NCBI RefSeq assembly: GCF_018977255.1
Contig: NW_024704742.1
Coordinates: forward strand, 78,246,001 to 78,310,000
Length of the DNA: 64,000 nt
Reading direction: 5' to 3'
Origin: Callorhinchus milii
Taxonomy: Eukaryota
Each line of letters starts with the position of its first letter. Positions within the stretch are counted from its first letter, which is position 1. Below, piece by piece: positions 41,236-54,336 of this stretch. A program made the translations under genes and the position numbers. The notes beneath the pieces were generated by a model, which saw only the letters and a list, made by a program, of their open reading frames with translations, had not been told where the DNA came from and searched no databases.

Positions 41236-42358
41236 AATTCTTTCATTTCCTTCTGCCAAATAGTAAGGACATTAATAAATTCATAAGGTACAGCACAGCG
41301 TCAGCTGTCAAATAGCTGTGACCCTCCTGGAAATTAGTACAAATTCCTGTCGGGTCCAATTAGAGAACATTGACTTGCATTTATATAGCGCTCTTCACAT
41401 GGGGAGATCTTACATAGCACCCTGCAGGCCAAGCCGGTCCGAGTGGCCAGTCCAGGGGAATCCATGGTACCTCCAGCATAATACCCTCCAACAGGCTAAA
41501 ATGCCACCCTCCTCCCAATGGTATAATCTACCCTCCCCTGCAAATGGGAAGCCTGTGGATGGTCCTTTGTTGGAGTTTAGAGGGATATTAGAGGTATTCC
41601 ATCACCTCGGAAAGCTAAGATTAAAGAGGAGCAAGTAAGGAGGCTACTGTCACTTACTCTGGTGGGAGAATTTCCAACTGGATCTAAATTTACTCTATTT
41701 ATGTAACATTTATTTATGTGTCGAGAATTTGGCAATTGTTGAATTGGGTCATAATTTTGAAGTGCTCAAAAAAAATGCTTAAGAAAAGTTGAAAGAACTT
41801 AAAAGAAAACCAGTTACAAAATCAAGACTGTCTCTGAGAATTCTGGACACTCTGAAATAATACAAATAATAATGATCCTTGCATTTGGTATAGCGCCTTT
41901 CACGTTGGGAGGACACCTGAAAGAGCTTCACAGGATTTACTGTGAAGTGGAGTGACTGTGTATTTGTAGGCAAATGTGGCAGCCCATTTGTACATAGCAA
42001 TGTCCCACAAACAGCGTGGAAACAAGTGACCAATTTTGTTGGCCAGGATACCAGGAGAGAGAAACCCCCTTCTCTAATGCTGCATAAATATAAAAAATTC
42101 TAGACACAGATTAAGTGATTTTTCCTCATGCTGCTGTATGCTATTTACCTGATTTGTTGGCATTGGACATTGGACAGAATCAACTCGTTTGTTCACCAAC
42201 TATTGCTGCATCGACTGGTTCTTCCACACTACTCCCAATGACCACTACAATATTGAATGAAACTGAACAATTCTGTCAAGAAAATGTTTTGATGCTGTTC
42301 AGATACGGCATGAGATAAGCATTGCACTGGAAAAGCATTGCACTGGACAAGCACTTAC

Positions 42359-42445
42359 CGATCAGTGGGACGGAGTCAGATGTTGCTGGCATAATCTCAG
42401 CAACAAGCAGCATGAAAACAGTTAAGGACAAGAGCACAGTGATCC
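42359..42445 (-). CDS. CHRNA8: nAChR alpha8 exon 8, pore-lining M2: (G)[28 protein letters not shown](A)
   Basis: Inside ORF 42276..42491; tgtag|GG and G|gtaagt; 87 nt; M2 matches the alpha7/alpha8 sequence. Confidence 0.95.
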
Positions 42446-44699
42446 CTACAGGAAAGAAAGGAGTGTCACACATTATACAGTAAATGCACACAATTAGTTG
42501 ACATTACCTTATAAGTACCGAGGACAGTTCCAATTCAGTTTAACCAAATATTAGATAACAATAATAAAAATCCTTGCATTTGGCATAGCGCCTTATCACG
42601 TCTTTGAGACGTCTCAAAGCACTTCACAGAATACACAGTAAAGTGGATTGACTGTGTATTTTGTGGGCAAATGTAGCAGCCAGTTACGCACATCAGTGTC
42701 CCACAAACAGCCTTGGAGCGAGTGACCAATTTAATTTGGGGGATTTGTTGGCCAGGACACCAGGAGTAAACTCCCTTCTCTTTTTGAATAGATGGAGTGG
42801 GCAGGGCGGGGAACCTTAGAAAACAGTCTTTACTGTACCATTAGGATGATAATTTGTCTGATATGATAATTCTCACTTATTCTGGGGGAACTTTAAATGG
42901 GGAATAGGTACTCTGTGTGGATACTGACCCCAAAAAATTATTTTAAAAGTAAAAATGTAAAGTTTAAAAAAAACAGTTCTAGGTTTCTTTGCTAAATTTA
43001 AAACAAAGGTGGTCATAATTCAGATTTGAAAGGCTCAGTTGGGGAATACCATTCTCTGGGTTCAGTCCCAGATTTGTCACTTTCAGGTGGAAAAATAACT
43101 TTTAATTATAGGATAATAGGTATTCATTAAGGATAATAGGCATTCACAAAGGAGGATTCAGTCTGATCTAAAAAATCTGAAATAAAGCTGTTTGGCTGGG
43201 CACTGCAGCATTTTATAACTTCTGGCTCTGATGGTGCGCTGATGTTTGTTATGAACTAATGGCAAATGGCTGACATCTGATGGCATATTCAGCTTACAGG
43301 ACAGCTTCCAGCTGTAGCCACGGTGTCAGAGCCAGTGAGTTAGGTGATGTCTCTTGCTGCACAAAAGGCACCACTTAACCTTTGCCTCCACACACTACTT
43401 TGTCTTAAAATTTAAGCCATGCAGAATGTTAGCACATTCTCGAATTCAGTCGTTACAGCAGCTGTAAGAAGCTGACTTCCAAATGAAAACTGTATTTAAG
43501 AAATGTTTGCACAATTCTGCACAGATCTTAAATTTTAAGATGTTCCTACAGGATAAGACCAGGTGGAATATAGGGCCTCCTATAGTTTATTTTCCAGGTT
43601 GGCTTCTCCACATGAACAGACCTCATCCTGTCTGCAACGTCATGATGTCACACAACCTGCGTGCACGCAGAGGTAAAGGGACAGTGCTTTAGCACTCTGT
43701 AACCAAGGGCAGAGGAAGTCCGAACCCTGCACCTGAATATCAGCAGCTTTGCTGATGGATTTACATGCTATTTCCCAGCATTTTTGGGGTCGACCTGGTC
43801 TGACTGTGAGCGCACAGACCAGCAGTGGACAATGCAACTCATTGTATGTCTACACAGCCTCCTAAATGACACCATCTCTACAAAGTGGGATTGCAGCAAA
43901 TCTGCACAGACAAACACCTGAAGTCTGGTACAGTTCTCTGGAGACAAACGTTGAGATTATGTCGGCGGATAATATAAGGAAGCTTCTGCAAGCTTTGATG
44001 AATCAGGTTCGACGTTTCATCCTATTGCCCCTAGAAGGGTTTAGGATAAGGATTTTTTTATAATTCTGGAATTTCATTAGAAGTCCATTAGCTGCCTGAT
44101 TCTTTCAGCATATTCAAGGTAATAGTTATGTTTTATGACTTAACTATATTAATTATATACGTGAATTTCCCATTGTCATTTATTTTTAAATGCTGTAACC
44201 CTCCAGAGAAATAAGAAACGTGGTACTCCTGTCCTTTTGTTAAATCAAACAGCCTTGAAGAGTACACGTTCGGAATTGGGACACATCATTTGAAAACGGA
44301 CAACCTTTTCACTTCACTTAAACATCACTCTTCATTGGAAATGATGCGCAAACCCATGGCAATTCGTGCCCTGCAAACTCTGCAGCACTGAGCGTGTGTC
44401 ATGACAATGGTAGTGACCCTTATTTGCGCAATTTCAGCTTTTAACATTACAATGGTCAGGAACATGCCCACCAGCCAACATGTTAAAAAATAAGGGATTG
44501 CATTAATGTAATAGGGTTCGTTTAGTAAGGTTTCAATATGTATTACATCAAATGTGCCAGAGGCAGTCCTTCCCAACAATGTTCTCAATAGCAATGACTG
44601 CGAAGCCGAGCCCAGCTCACGACTTGCAGTTCAGGAAAGGTGACTATAGGCACAATTGAAGAGGACAGCAATGTCCCTCAAACAGTTGTGGATTTAGTG

Positions 44700-45275
44700 A
44701 CCTCTTGTTTGGAGTTTCAAAGGGTGGGGGCAAAGAGGCTGAATGCCTGACCGCCAATGCAGGGGAGAAACAGAAGGAGACGCGAAGCAGGAGGAGACGT
44801 GAAGCAGGAGGAGAATGTGAAGCAGGCTGGAGGATGCTGAGTGAACAGGTTGATATGGCTTTAGTAGGTCACAGAGGTAGGAAGGAGCAAGGCTGTGGAG
44901 TGGTTTGAAGGTGATAGGATCATGGAGCCTGGTGCGGGAGAGGACACGAGTTGCAGGGTTCTGGATGATCTGCAGCTTGTGGAGGAAAGAGTTGAGGAGG
45001 CTGACAAGCTGCAAGTTGGCGTAATTGAGCCTAGTTGTAATAAATGGATGGATGAGGGTTTTGGCAGCCTCAGGGGTGAGGCAGTGGTGGAGCTGGGCAA
45101 TGTTGCAGAGGTGGGGGAAGGCAGAAAGGGTCAAGGCACGGATGTGGGGTAGAAAGGAGAGTTGAGGGTCGAACAGGACACTGAGGTTCCTCACTGGCTC
45201 AATGAGGTGGAGTGTGCATCCATGGATGGTGATGCCTGAGGTGTGGAGGCGCTGACAGGAGCCAATCAGAGGGGC
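44700..45275 (-). mobile_element. L2 RT C-terminal fragment just downstream of the exon 7 donor
   Basis: ORF 44694..45278 (PVRNLSVLFDPQLSF, LHKLQIIQN) parallels 19170-19680. Confidence 0.88.
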
Positions 45276-45318
45276 CATGACTCAAGCTGCGATGGAAGGG
45301 TACATTATTAAGACTTAC

Positions 45319-45513
45319 CTAATGAAATTTTCTCTCCAGAATCAGCCGGCAATAAGAATACAAGGAGCGCCAGCCCAGATATCAAGACGCATGGAATCAG
45401 TAGATTTAATCCGTAATACAGTGTACGCCGACGCATTGTTACAGTGTAGGTCACATCAGTATAGGGCTCCTCACAGCATTCATAGTTCCGCTCATTCCTC
45501 TTTCCTGGGACTC
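45319..45513 (-). CDS. CHRNA8: nAChR alpha8 exon 7, loop C and M1: (G)[64 protein letters not shown](G)
   Basis: Manual translation (missed by the ORF track); vicinal Cys-Cys defines an alpha subunit; cttgtag|GA and G|gtaagt; 195 nt. Confidence 0.95.
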
Positions 45514-45976
45514 CTACAAGACCACAATAACATGCGTATTATTCATTGTACAGGAAGACAGTTACATTCTCCTCACATTCCAACACAGCAGTCGAGATGA
45601 ACCAGATACGTATCCGCACACAGTGGTTTGTGTAATGGGTTAGTAGATTTGGCCGTTTGATACTGGATTTAATTTGGGTACAGAGACTGGAGACAGGGCT
45701 TTGTCACACTCAGCTCCCACTCAGTTAACCCTGCAAGCCAAAGCCCTGACAGGTAGAGTGTTCTAGCTGGACAAGCAATGGGAAAGCTTGCCAGACAGCA
45801 ATATCAAACGCAAGCTATGCGTTTTTAGCTGGTGAGACACCAGCAGTATCCCAACACAAATTCTGGATCCCTAAACCTTGGCTATTGCCAACCTGCTCCT
45901 CATACTTTCTGGAATTAGGTAAGCAGGATACTTCCTTCCAGGGAGAGAGTGTACATTCCATTCCAATAAATATCTC

Positions 45977-46204
45977 AGTCTGTCAGATTGTAGTCTGTCA
46001 GATTGTAGCCTGTCAGATTGTAGCCTGTCAGATTGTAGCCTGTCAGATTGTAGCCTGTCAGATTGTAGCCTGTCAGATTGTAGCCTGTCAGATTGTAGTC
46101 TGTCAGATTGTAGCCTGTCAGATTGTAGCCTGTCAGATTGTAGTCTGTCAGATTGTAGCCTGTCAGATTGTAGTCTGTCAGATTGTAGTCTGTCAGATTG
46201 TAGC
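45977..46204. repeat. 15-bp minisatellite, 15 copies (tgtcagattgtagYc)
   Basis: tgtcagattg recurs every 15 nt from 45981 to 46191; full units differ only at one C/T position. Confidence 0.98.
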
Positions 46205-47696
46205 ATCAAACATATCTGTGGACACTTAGACCCGTGACACCAAAACAATTTCGGTTAGATTTTGACACCCAACCCAAATGTCGATGGTCGCTGAGTCTTT
46301 GCTTCAATGCAATCTCAACTCATGTGTTCGCTGGATAACGGTTGCATATTGCATGGTGAAGATAGCCTGAACACTCGTTACCGGATGGCTGAAACCTTCA
46401 CAGATATAGGACTCTTTCAAACATTTCTTCTGCTCTAGTTCACATGTTCAAATAATTAGTGTTCATTCTAAAGCAAACAGTGCTTACATTTTTTATAAAT
46501 GACAGAAAACCTTTTACTTTGGATTTACAGCCATTGCATATCAAAGCAATTAATATCAAAACTCAAATCACCTACTCCTTGAAATACTGTAACCTTCCCT
46601 CTTGCTCTGATAAATTTAATTATTGCAATTCAGTTGGCAAAAGCTATTTTGGTAACGATGTCTGCTGGAGTAACTGGGCTTGTTTTAGATAGTTGAGGAC
46701 AGAAATTAGTTCAATATCAACTGATATATAAAAAAATCATCTCCAGCATGCATTCAGGGTGGATGCTGGGAGGGCCACAGAAAGACTCCCAGGACTGCTA
46801 ACTGCTATTGGGCTGCTTGCAGGAAATTTGGTTCCCTTTGTTTCACTCCTTTCTGCAAGTGAACACTGTATTGTCAGTGATGCTGTCCTTCAGATGAAAT
46901 GATAAACTAAGATGCCATCTGCCTGTTCAGGAGGATATCAGAGATTCCAGGGCACTATTGAAAAAAATAAGTTATCTTCTCCTGGTGTTCTGGCTAACAG
47001 CCCCACCAGATAAATTCACTTCATGGCAATTTGTGGGGCATTGCTGCATGCAATATGGCTGCTGTGTTCACTTACAATATACACAGCCACTACACTTCAC
47101 AGTTTTCAACGTCATCCTTTCTTGAAAGGATTATTATTATAAGATCTCGGTATCAAGCATGGCTGAAAATCACCCAAATGAAATTCAGTCAGAGCTCACA
47201 AGCTGTTCTCCATTCTTCTAATGCAACATTCTTGCACAAGTAACCCATTGTTAATTTAAGGAGAAAAAAAGCCTCTTTATAATCTCATGAGTACATTTCA
47301 GTGAGATCTTAGTACAGCTGCTCAAGGCTTATCAAGAACACAAGCTAAGTAGTCTTTGTCAGTTGCTTGGGTAATGCTTGGAAAGAGGAACACACAGTCT
47401 GGATCTGAGAACTATCATTAGGAGTTCTGCGGTGTGTGAGCAATGGTAAGGAGGTTGTCTTGGATCACTTATAGAAGGTAAAAAGAAAAAAAAATTGCAT
47501 TGTTAAATAGCAATAAAATATCTCAAAGTGCTTCATGGTAATTACTGTTATAGGGAGTTACTACTGTTTTGGTTGACAAACATGTAGCCAGTTTATGAAT
47601 AACAGAGTTCCACAAACAGAATTAAGGTGAATGATCAATGTATTTGGGGGATTATTGGCCAGAGTACAGGCCTTCACTTTTCAAATATTCCGGGAA

Positions 47697-48920
47697 GGTC
47701 ATAACAAGATTAGGCAGAGTCAACATGGCTTTACAAAAGGGAAGTCATGCTTAACTAATCTTTTAGTTTTTTGAAGATGTATCTAGCAGGTTAGATAGGG
47801 GGGAACCAGTAGATGTAGTATATTTAGATTTTAAGAAGGCATTTGGCAAAGTGCCACACAAAAGGCTATTGCACAAGATTAAGGCCCACGGGATTAATGG
47901 GAACATATTAGCTTGGATTGAAGAGTGGCTAACGGGTAGAAAACAGAGAGTAGGGATAAACGGGTCATTCTCGAATTGGCAGGATGTGACTAGTGGAGTG
48001 CCACAAGGATCAGCGCTTGGGCCTCAGCTATTTACAATTTACATCAATGATCTAGACGAAGACATTGAATGTAACGTATCTAAATTCGCGGATGACACTA
48101 AACTAGGTGGGAGAATAAACTCTGAGGATGATGCAAAAAGATTGCAACGGGATATAGATAGGCTAGGGGAGTGGGCGAGTAGGTGGCAGATGGAACTTAA
48201 TGTGGGGAAGTGTGAAGTTATTCGCCTAGGTAGAAAAAATAAAAAACAGATTATTTTCTAGAGGGGGAGAGATTAGATAATGATAGTGTTCAGAGGGATT
48301 TGGGTGTCCTTGTACACCAGTCTCAAAAAGTTAGTTTGCGGGTGCAGCAAGCAACTAAGAAGGCGAACGGCATGTAAGCGTTCATTGCAAAAGGTTTAGA
48401 GTACAAGAGTAGGGAAGTCTTGCTGCAACTGTATAGGGCCTTGGGGAGACCGCACCTAGAGTATTGTGTGCAGTTTTGATCTCCTTATTTAAAAAAGGAA
48501 TTACTTGCCCTAGAGGGGGTGCAGCGTAGATTCACTCAGTTAGTTCCTGGGATGAGGGGACTGACCTATCAGGATAGGCTGAATAAACTAGGGCTATATT
48601 CTCTAGAGTACAGAAGAATTAGGGGAGATCTTATTGAAACATATAAGATTCTTAAAGGGCTGATAAAGTAGACACTGAGGGACTGTTTCCCCTGGTAGGA
48701 GAATCTATAACCAGAGGTCACAGTCTTAAAATTAAGGGTCAGCCTTTTATAACAGAGTTGAGGAAATATTTCTTCACTCAGAGGGTAGTGAATTTATGGA
48801 ATTCACTACCCAAGAAGGCTGTAGATGCTCAGTCCTTGAACATTTTCAAGGCTGAGACTGACATATTTTTAAAAAATAGAGGGATTAGGGGATATGGGGA
48901 TAGGGCAGGTAATTAGAGTT
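47697..48920 (+). mobile_element. CR1-clade LINE fragment (RT and C-terminal region), decayed
   Basis: QHGFTKGKSCLTNL, VYLDFKKAF.KVPH, GVPQGSALGPQLF and FADDTKLGG (ORF 47851..48261 and flanks); frameshifts and stops present. Confidence 0.93.
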
Positions 48921-50319
48921 ACCATCTCTCAGGATCTCCATAATCAAAATCCAGGAGACATCTGTCCTCGTTAACTTATCTCTCTCTAACTGCATTCTGC
49001 TGACATGTTGTATGTTTATACCATTCACAGCACTGACATTCATCCTTTTTTTGGTTTGTAGAAAATACTCAACACTCATTAGTTCACTGTATTTTAATTC
49101 ATTTAAGGGGAAGTATGAACAGAATTGACCTAAATGTGATCTGTTTGATGACTTTTACCTATATGCCCATTATTATTATTGGTATTATTATATAACTATT
49201 ATTAATATTATTATTAATTCTGTATATTGGCCATGTTGCAACATTCACTTTCATTTCTACTCTATTATGTGGGGTGCAGCAAGGTATTTACTTTGCAAGA
49301 AAGGTGCCATAAACTTGCAAGCTTTTATTATTATTCTGAATTAGAGCCCGTGTGGTATGTGATGGGATAATTTGCCCTCGGATCTTCTCAGTGGAGTCTA
49401 CTTTATAGACTCATAGAAATTTACAGTGCGAAAGGGGACCGTTTGGCCCATCGAAGAGCAGAAAGGTGTTCTTTCAATAATAAGTTATAAATATTTAATT
49501 ATTATAAATTACAAAAACATAAATAATAAATATAGAATATATAAACAATAAAACAATAACATGGGCATGATCCTCTGTGAAAGATGTTGTGTAAATGCAG
49601 GTTGTTGCTTTTGTTGTTCTTAGCCTAGCAAGGCAGCATTGAATGGCTACAATCCAGGACCTAAAAGTTTCATGATGGATGTTAAAAAATATTAATTTTA
49701 ACATTAAACTTTAATCTGAACAGTGCATCATTACATACCAAATTTCCCCAAAATGAACACACCCCACTATGTTCAAACATGTGCAGAGTCTATGATATGA
49801 AACAATATTTTTTCTGTATATTATAGGACAACTGTCTTAGTGGCTGGATCTGTTCCTGCTTCCAAGGGGAAATTCCATTGTAACAGTGGAAGATAATGCT
49901 GAAGATTTGGGCAAACCTCTAGCACGGATGTGCAGGTGCTTTGAGAGCAGAATATTGTCTGAGGGAAGATCTGTGACAGGCCATGAACTGCAATCCATTT
50001 GGTCGTGAATGCTGTGATTGTGAGACAGAATTCCTCTGAGAAAATTATTCAAGCAACAGGAGTTTTTGCACAGTGTTGAACATTCTTGGTGCATAAAAGA
50101 TTCAGACACTTTAGAACTGTTCAGCAAGTATTGTGTTCATGAACCACAGGCCTGAAAGCAGAGGCTCCCTGGAGATCACAAGCAGCTGTGAAATACAGAC
50201 TGTGATACCTTGATTATACTTAGATTTCACAGTTACACCGCAAGCAGTTTAAATACAATGTTCAGCAATCCGAGAGGTTACCACGCATGAAGGGCCCTTT
50301 ATAAATGCAAGTTGATAAA

Positions 50320-51390
50320 TGCCCCGTACGCAACCTAGGAGTCAGGTTCGACCCCCAATTATCCTTCCTCCCCTACATCCGGTCCCTCACCAGCACCGCT
50401 TTCTTCCACCTGCAACGCATCGTCCGTTTTCGCCAATACCTCTCCCCAAAAGCCGCTGAAACTCTGGTCCATGCCTTTGTCACCTCTCGGCTGGACTACT
50501 CTAACACCCTCCTCGCCGGTCTCCCATCCACTACCATTCATAAAATCCAAATCATTCAAAACTCTGCCGCCCGCATTCTCACCCGCACCAAACTCAGCTC
50601 CCCGATCAGCCCAGTCCTTGCCAGACTGCACTGGTTGCCTATCCCAGAGAGGATCGATTTCAAGATCCTCACCCTTGTATATCAAGTCCCTGCACTCTTC
50701 TGCACCCCCCTACCTCTCTGACCTCCTCTCTCCTCAAAACAGTACCCATTGCCTTCGTTCCTCCGGTTCTGGCCTCCTCCTCGTCCCCCAGTCCTCCACT
50801 CCACCCTCAGTGGCTGTGCCTTCAGCCACTATGCCCCAAGGCTCTCGAACTGCCTTCCTCACTCCCTTCATCTCGCTCCCTCTCTTCCCATTTTCAGGTC
50901 TCTGCTGAAGACACGGAGTCCTGTAGCTCAGTGGTTAGAGCACTCGCTTTGCAAGTGAGAGACCTGAGTTCAATTCCAGGCAGAGGGCGAAACCTTGGCC
51001 AAGTTTCCTTACTCCACACGCCTAATAATAATCCCTCCAAAACCAAAAACAATAATAAATTGGCCATTTTCAATCTACGACTGTTTGTGGGACATTGCTG
51101 TGCGCAATTGGCTGCCGCGTTCGCCCACAAATATACAGTCAATTCACTTTACAGTATGTTCTGTGAAGCGCTTTGGGACGTCCTCCTGATGTGAAAAGCG
51201 CTATGTCAAAGGCAAGGATTATTATTATTATTATTATTATTATTAAGACCTTCCTTTTCGACCGCGCCTTTGGTCACCTTCCCCCCCCTTCCCCTGGCTC
51301 GGTCCGGGATCTGTTAGTGTAAAGCGCTCTGAGACACCGTCCGGCGTGGAGGGCGCTATATAAATCCAAGTTGTTGTCGTCGTTGTTGTT
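50320..51390 (+). mobile_element. 5'-truncated L2 LINE interrupted by a SINE
   Basis: ORF 50305..50721 ([32 protein letters not shown]); L2 3' end with a (GTT)n tail resumes at 51245. Confidence 0.92.
50915..51244 (+). mobile_element. Young full-length tRNA-derived SINE with L2-type tail and (ATT)n
   Basis: A box tagctcagtgg, anticodon arm ctcgc-tttgcaa-gtgag, B box gagttcaattcc; flanked by duplicated aagac (50908-50912 and 51245-51249). Confidence 0.93.
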
Positions 51391-51744
51391 GATGCTGTTA
51401 AAATCCCACACGGCAATGACAAACCAAAATCCGGTTGGAATGTGTCAACCGCATCAAGATGGTGAAATAATGTCCCGATTCCCGTCCCTGCAAGTTAGGC
51501 TGGGATTCTGCGCACCTGGGCAGCAAGGACCAAAATGGAATATCCACTCAGGCAGGAGGGGACTACAAAGATGGGCTCATAGACCGCAAGGACAGATTTG
51601 CTAGGTTCTTACTATAATAATAATAATGCTTGCATTTGATATAGCACCTTATCACGTCTTCGAGAGTCTCAAAGTGTTTTGCAGAATATATAGGTCAATT
51701 GACTATATATTTTGTGGATGAAACGCGGCAACCAAGAGTTAGCG

Positions 51745-51990
51745 GCTAAAAGAACCAGAGGGGAACTGAGGAGAAATTATTTTATGCAGCAGTTGTTACA
51801 ATCTGGAATGTACTGCCTGAAAGAGTGGTGGAAACAGATTCAATAATAACTTTCAAAAATGAATTGTATATATACTTGAAAAGCAAAAATTTACAGGGTT
51901 GTGGGATAAGAGCGAGGGAGTGAGACTAATTGGATAGCTCTTTCAAAGAGTCAGCAGAGGCACGATGGGCTGAAGGGCTTCCTTCTTTGC
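51745..51990 (+). mobile_element. CR1 3' fragment
   Basis: tggaatgtactgcctgaaagagtggtgg...ggcacgatgggctgaagggcttcct, a CR1-type 3' end. Confidence 0.7.
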
Positions 51991-52370
51991 AATAAGTGGA
52001 TCTTAGATTGTGGCTGTCATTCAATGACACTTTGTAAGATGAGAACAATAAAATTAATAATTGCATAGCATATGAAAGGCTTTACAGAGATGGTATGGGA
52101 ACTTGACTAAGGTGGGAGGGGGTAGCAGGTAGCTTTATAGGAAGGTTTTTGAAACCAGTTAATACGAATTTAACTCAATCAATATCCCGGAAAGCAACAT
52201 CTGAAAGGTTACTATTGCTTAGAAAATATTGATCAACAATGCACATCACAATAATAATCCTTACATTTGCTATAGCGCCTTTCACGTCAGGAGGATGACT
52301 CAAAGCACTTGACAGTAAAGTGCAGTGACTGTATTTTATAGGTGAAACAACTATAGGAAATCAAACTTAC

Positions 52371-52538
52371 CAACAAGATCCCATTCCCCATTTGGTATAT
52401 AGCCTGAAATATCAGCTTCCATCATCTGCAAGTCGATCATCCAGCCATTATGTGTCCAGGAGCCAAATTTTAATTCACACTTCTGGATGTCAAAGGGGAA
52501 CCAGCGGACATCAATATAACACGTACTCTTCAATATAC
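52371..52538 (-). CDS. CHRNA8: nAChR alpha8 exon 6, Cys-loop: (G)[55 protein letters not shown](G)
   Basis: Inside ORF 52351..52551; C-x13-C Cys-loop and loop B Trp; ctctag|GT and G|gtaagt; 168 nt. ILKST and SWTH are alpha8-like (alpha7 has IFKSS and SWSY). Confidence 0.95.
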
Positions 52539-53294
52539 CTAGAGTTTGCAAACATATTCGAATTAAATACTTACAAATATATGTTTTTATACATGCTCAC
52601 GGTTAATTTTCCACCAGAATCCCATTTAAAATGCATATTAAAAATATAAACCCTGGAGTTTCTTTTGTGGTTGTGGAAATAATAAGGTGAAAAATGCCAC
52701 ATGTGATAATTGCTGTGCAAAGTCCCCCAAATGCATAAACAGTCAATTTTATTTGTGGGCCTTTTGGCCAGGAAACCAGGAAAAACTCCCTTCTCTTTTT
52801 GAATACTGCCATGATACCTTTAACATCCACCAGGCTGATGGGATCTCAGTTTAATGTCTCTTTGAAAGGTCAGTACATCTGACAAAGCATCAATCCCCCA
52901 CTATTGCACTCTGTCATTCTAGATTTATCAGTTCAAAGTCCTGACGTGCGTCTTAAACACACAATCTTCTGATTCAGAGGCGAGAGTGTTGCCAATTGAG
53001 ATAGGCAGCTACCCTGCCACTCTGATAAAACATTTTTGCAATCGATAATTATTTGAATAATTGGCTAGGTGAACTCTCTCTTTTCACCCTATCCCTCAGA
53101 ATTCAGTAAAAATACTGATACAGAATTCAGTCAGAATCTCACCAAGTGGATTCAACCGCTGTGCTCCTTAGGTGGCAATTCCAATGGCAGCCATGGAAAG
53201 CTTTGGGCACAACCATGCTCCACATGACAGTCATACTGTGGTGGCTCTGAATAAGATTGTCACTTTAGAGGTTCCTTTATGTGAAGAGACCCTG

Positions 53295-53891
53295 TTACAT
53301 CGAGGCTTGACTATACAAACTCCTTGCTTGTCGGCCTCCCAACTCCTCCCTCCATAAGCTGCAGATCATCCAGAACTCTGCAGCCCATGTCCTCTCCCGC
53401 ACCAGGCTCCATGACCCTATCAACTCCATCCTCGCCTGACTCCACTGGCTTCCCATCACACAGAGGATACAGTTCAAGATCCTGATCCTCACCTTCAAAG
53501 CCCTTCAAGGTCTTGCTCCCCCCTACCTCTGTGACCTCCTAACCCCCTACCATCCTGCTCGTTCCCTGTGCTAAGCGGGCTCTGGCCTGCTTCACGTCCC
53601 CTGCCTTGCTCACTCCCACTATTCGCAGGCGGGCCTTCTGCCACTCTGCACCCACCCTCTGGAACTTCATCCCGCAGTCCCTCTGCCTCGACCCCTCGCT
53701 TGCCACCTTCAAGACCCATCTCAAGTACGTCCTCTTCGACCGTGCCTTCGGTCACCTTCCTTCCCCCACTGCCCTCCACCCACACCGATCCAGACCCCGA
53801 GCTCGAGTCTGAAACTCTGTCTGTCCAGCGCCTTGGGACATGCTCCCGACGTGAAAGGCGCTATACAAATGTAATTTTGTTGTTGTTGTTG
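53295..53891 (+). mobile_element. L2 3' fragment in intron 5
   Basis: Similar to 19400-19975; ends in gtgaaaggcgctatacaaat plus (GTT)n. Confidence 0.9.
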
Positions 53892-53904
53892 TACTTCAGA
53901 ACTA

Positions 53905-54170
53905 AGCTTTGTGTATATTACAGCGTTTAGTGTTCTGTGTATATTACAATGTTGATTTTGGGTGTAATATTGCAATGTTAAATCTTTCTGTATGTTGCAG
54001 TGTTTGTGTTCAGTGTATATGATAGTATTGATGTGACTATATTGTAATGTTGGTGATTTGTATAAATTGCAGGGTTAGTTTTCCATGCATATTGCATTGT
54101 TGATGTTCTGCGTACATTGCAGTGTTGTGTGCATATTGTAGTTGGAGCTTCGTGAATATTGAAGTGTCTT
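53905..54170. repeat. Degenerate TG/AT-rich tandem array (tgtgtatattRcaRtgtt-like units)
   Basis: Recurrent atattgca/atattaca...tgtt motifs with a period of roughly 20-25 nt. Confidence 0.6.
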
Positions 54171-54336
54171 TACTGAAGCTAGTCGCTGGCTAGATTTGGC
54201 TGGAATATAAATCCAATATAAATGAGCACTGATTATTCTGATGTCTTGGTTTTGTACATGAATTGTAGGACACACACAAGGCCCCACAGATTGCAAAAAC
54301 AGTACCTCCCTTCCATAGACATTCCTCCTTATTTAC

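Noticed and set aside
45871..46248. Repeat-protein ORFs (LQSDR)n and (CQIVA)n, or a CRISPR-like array
   Set aside because: A 15-bp unit without stops is open in these frames by arithmetic. There are no unique spacers or cas genes, and the context is a vertebrate intron.
50915..50990. Functional tRNA-Ala(TGC) gene
   Set aside because: No proper acceptor stem; it continues into a SINE body and tail present in several copies.
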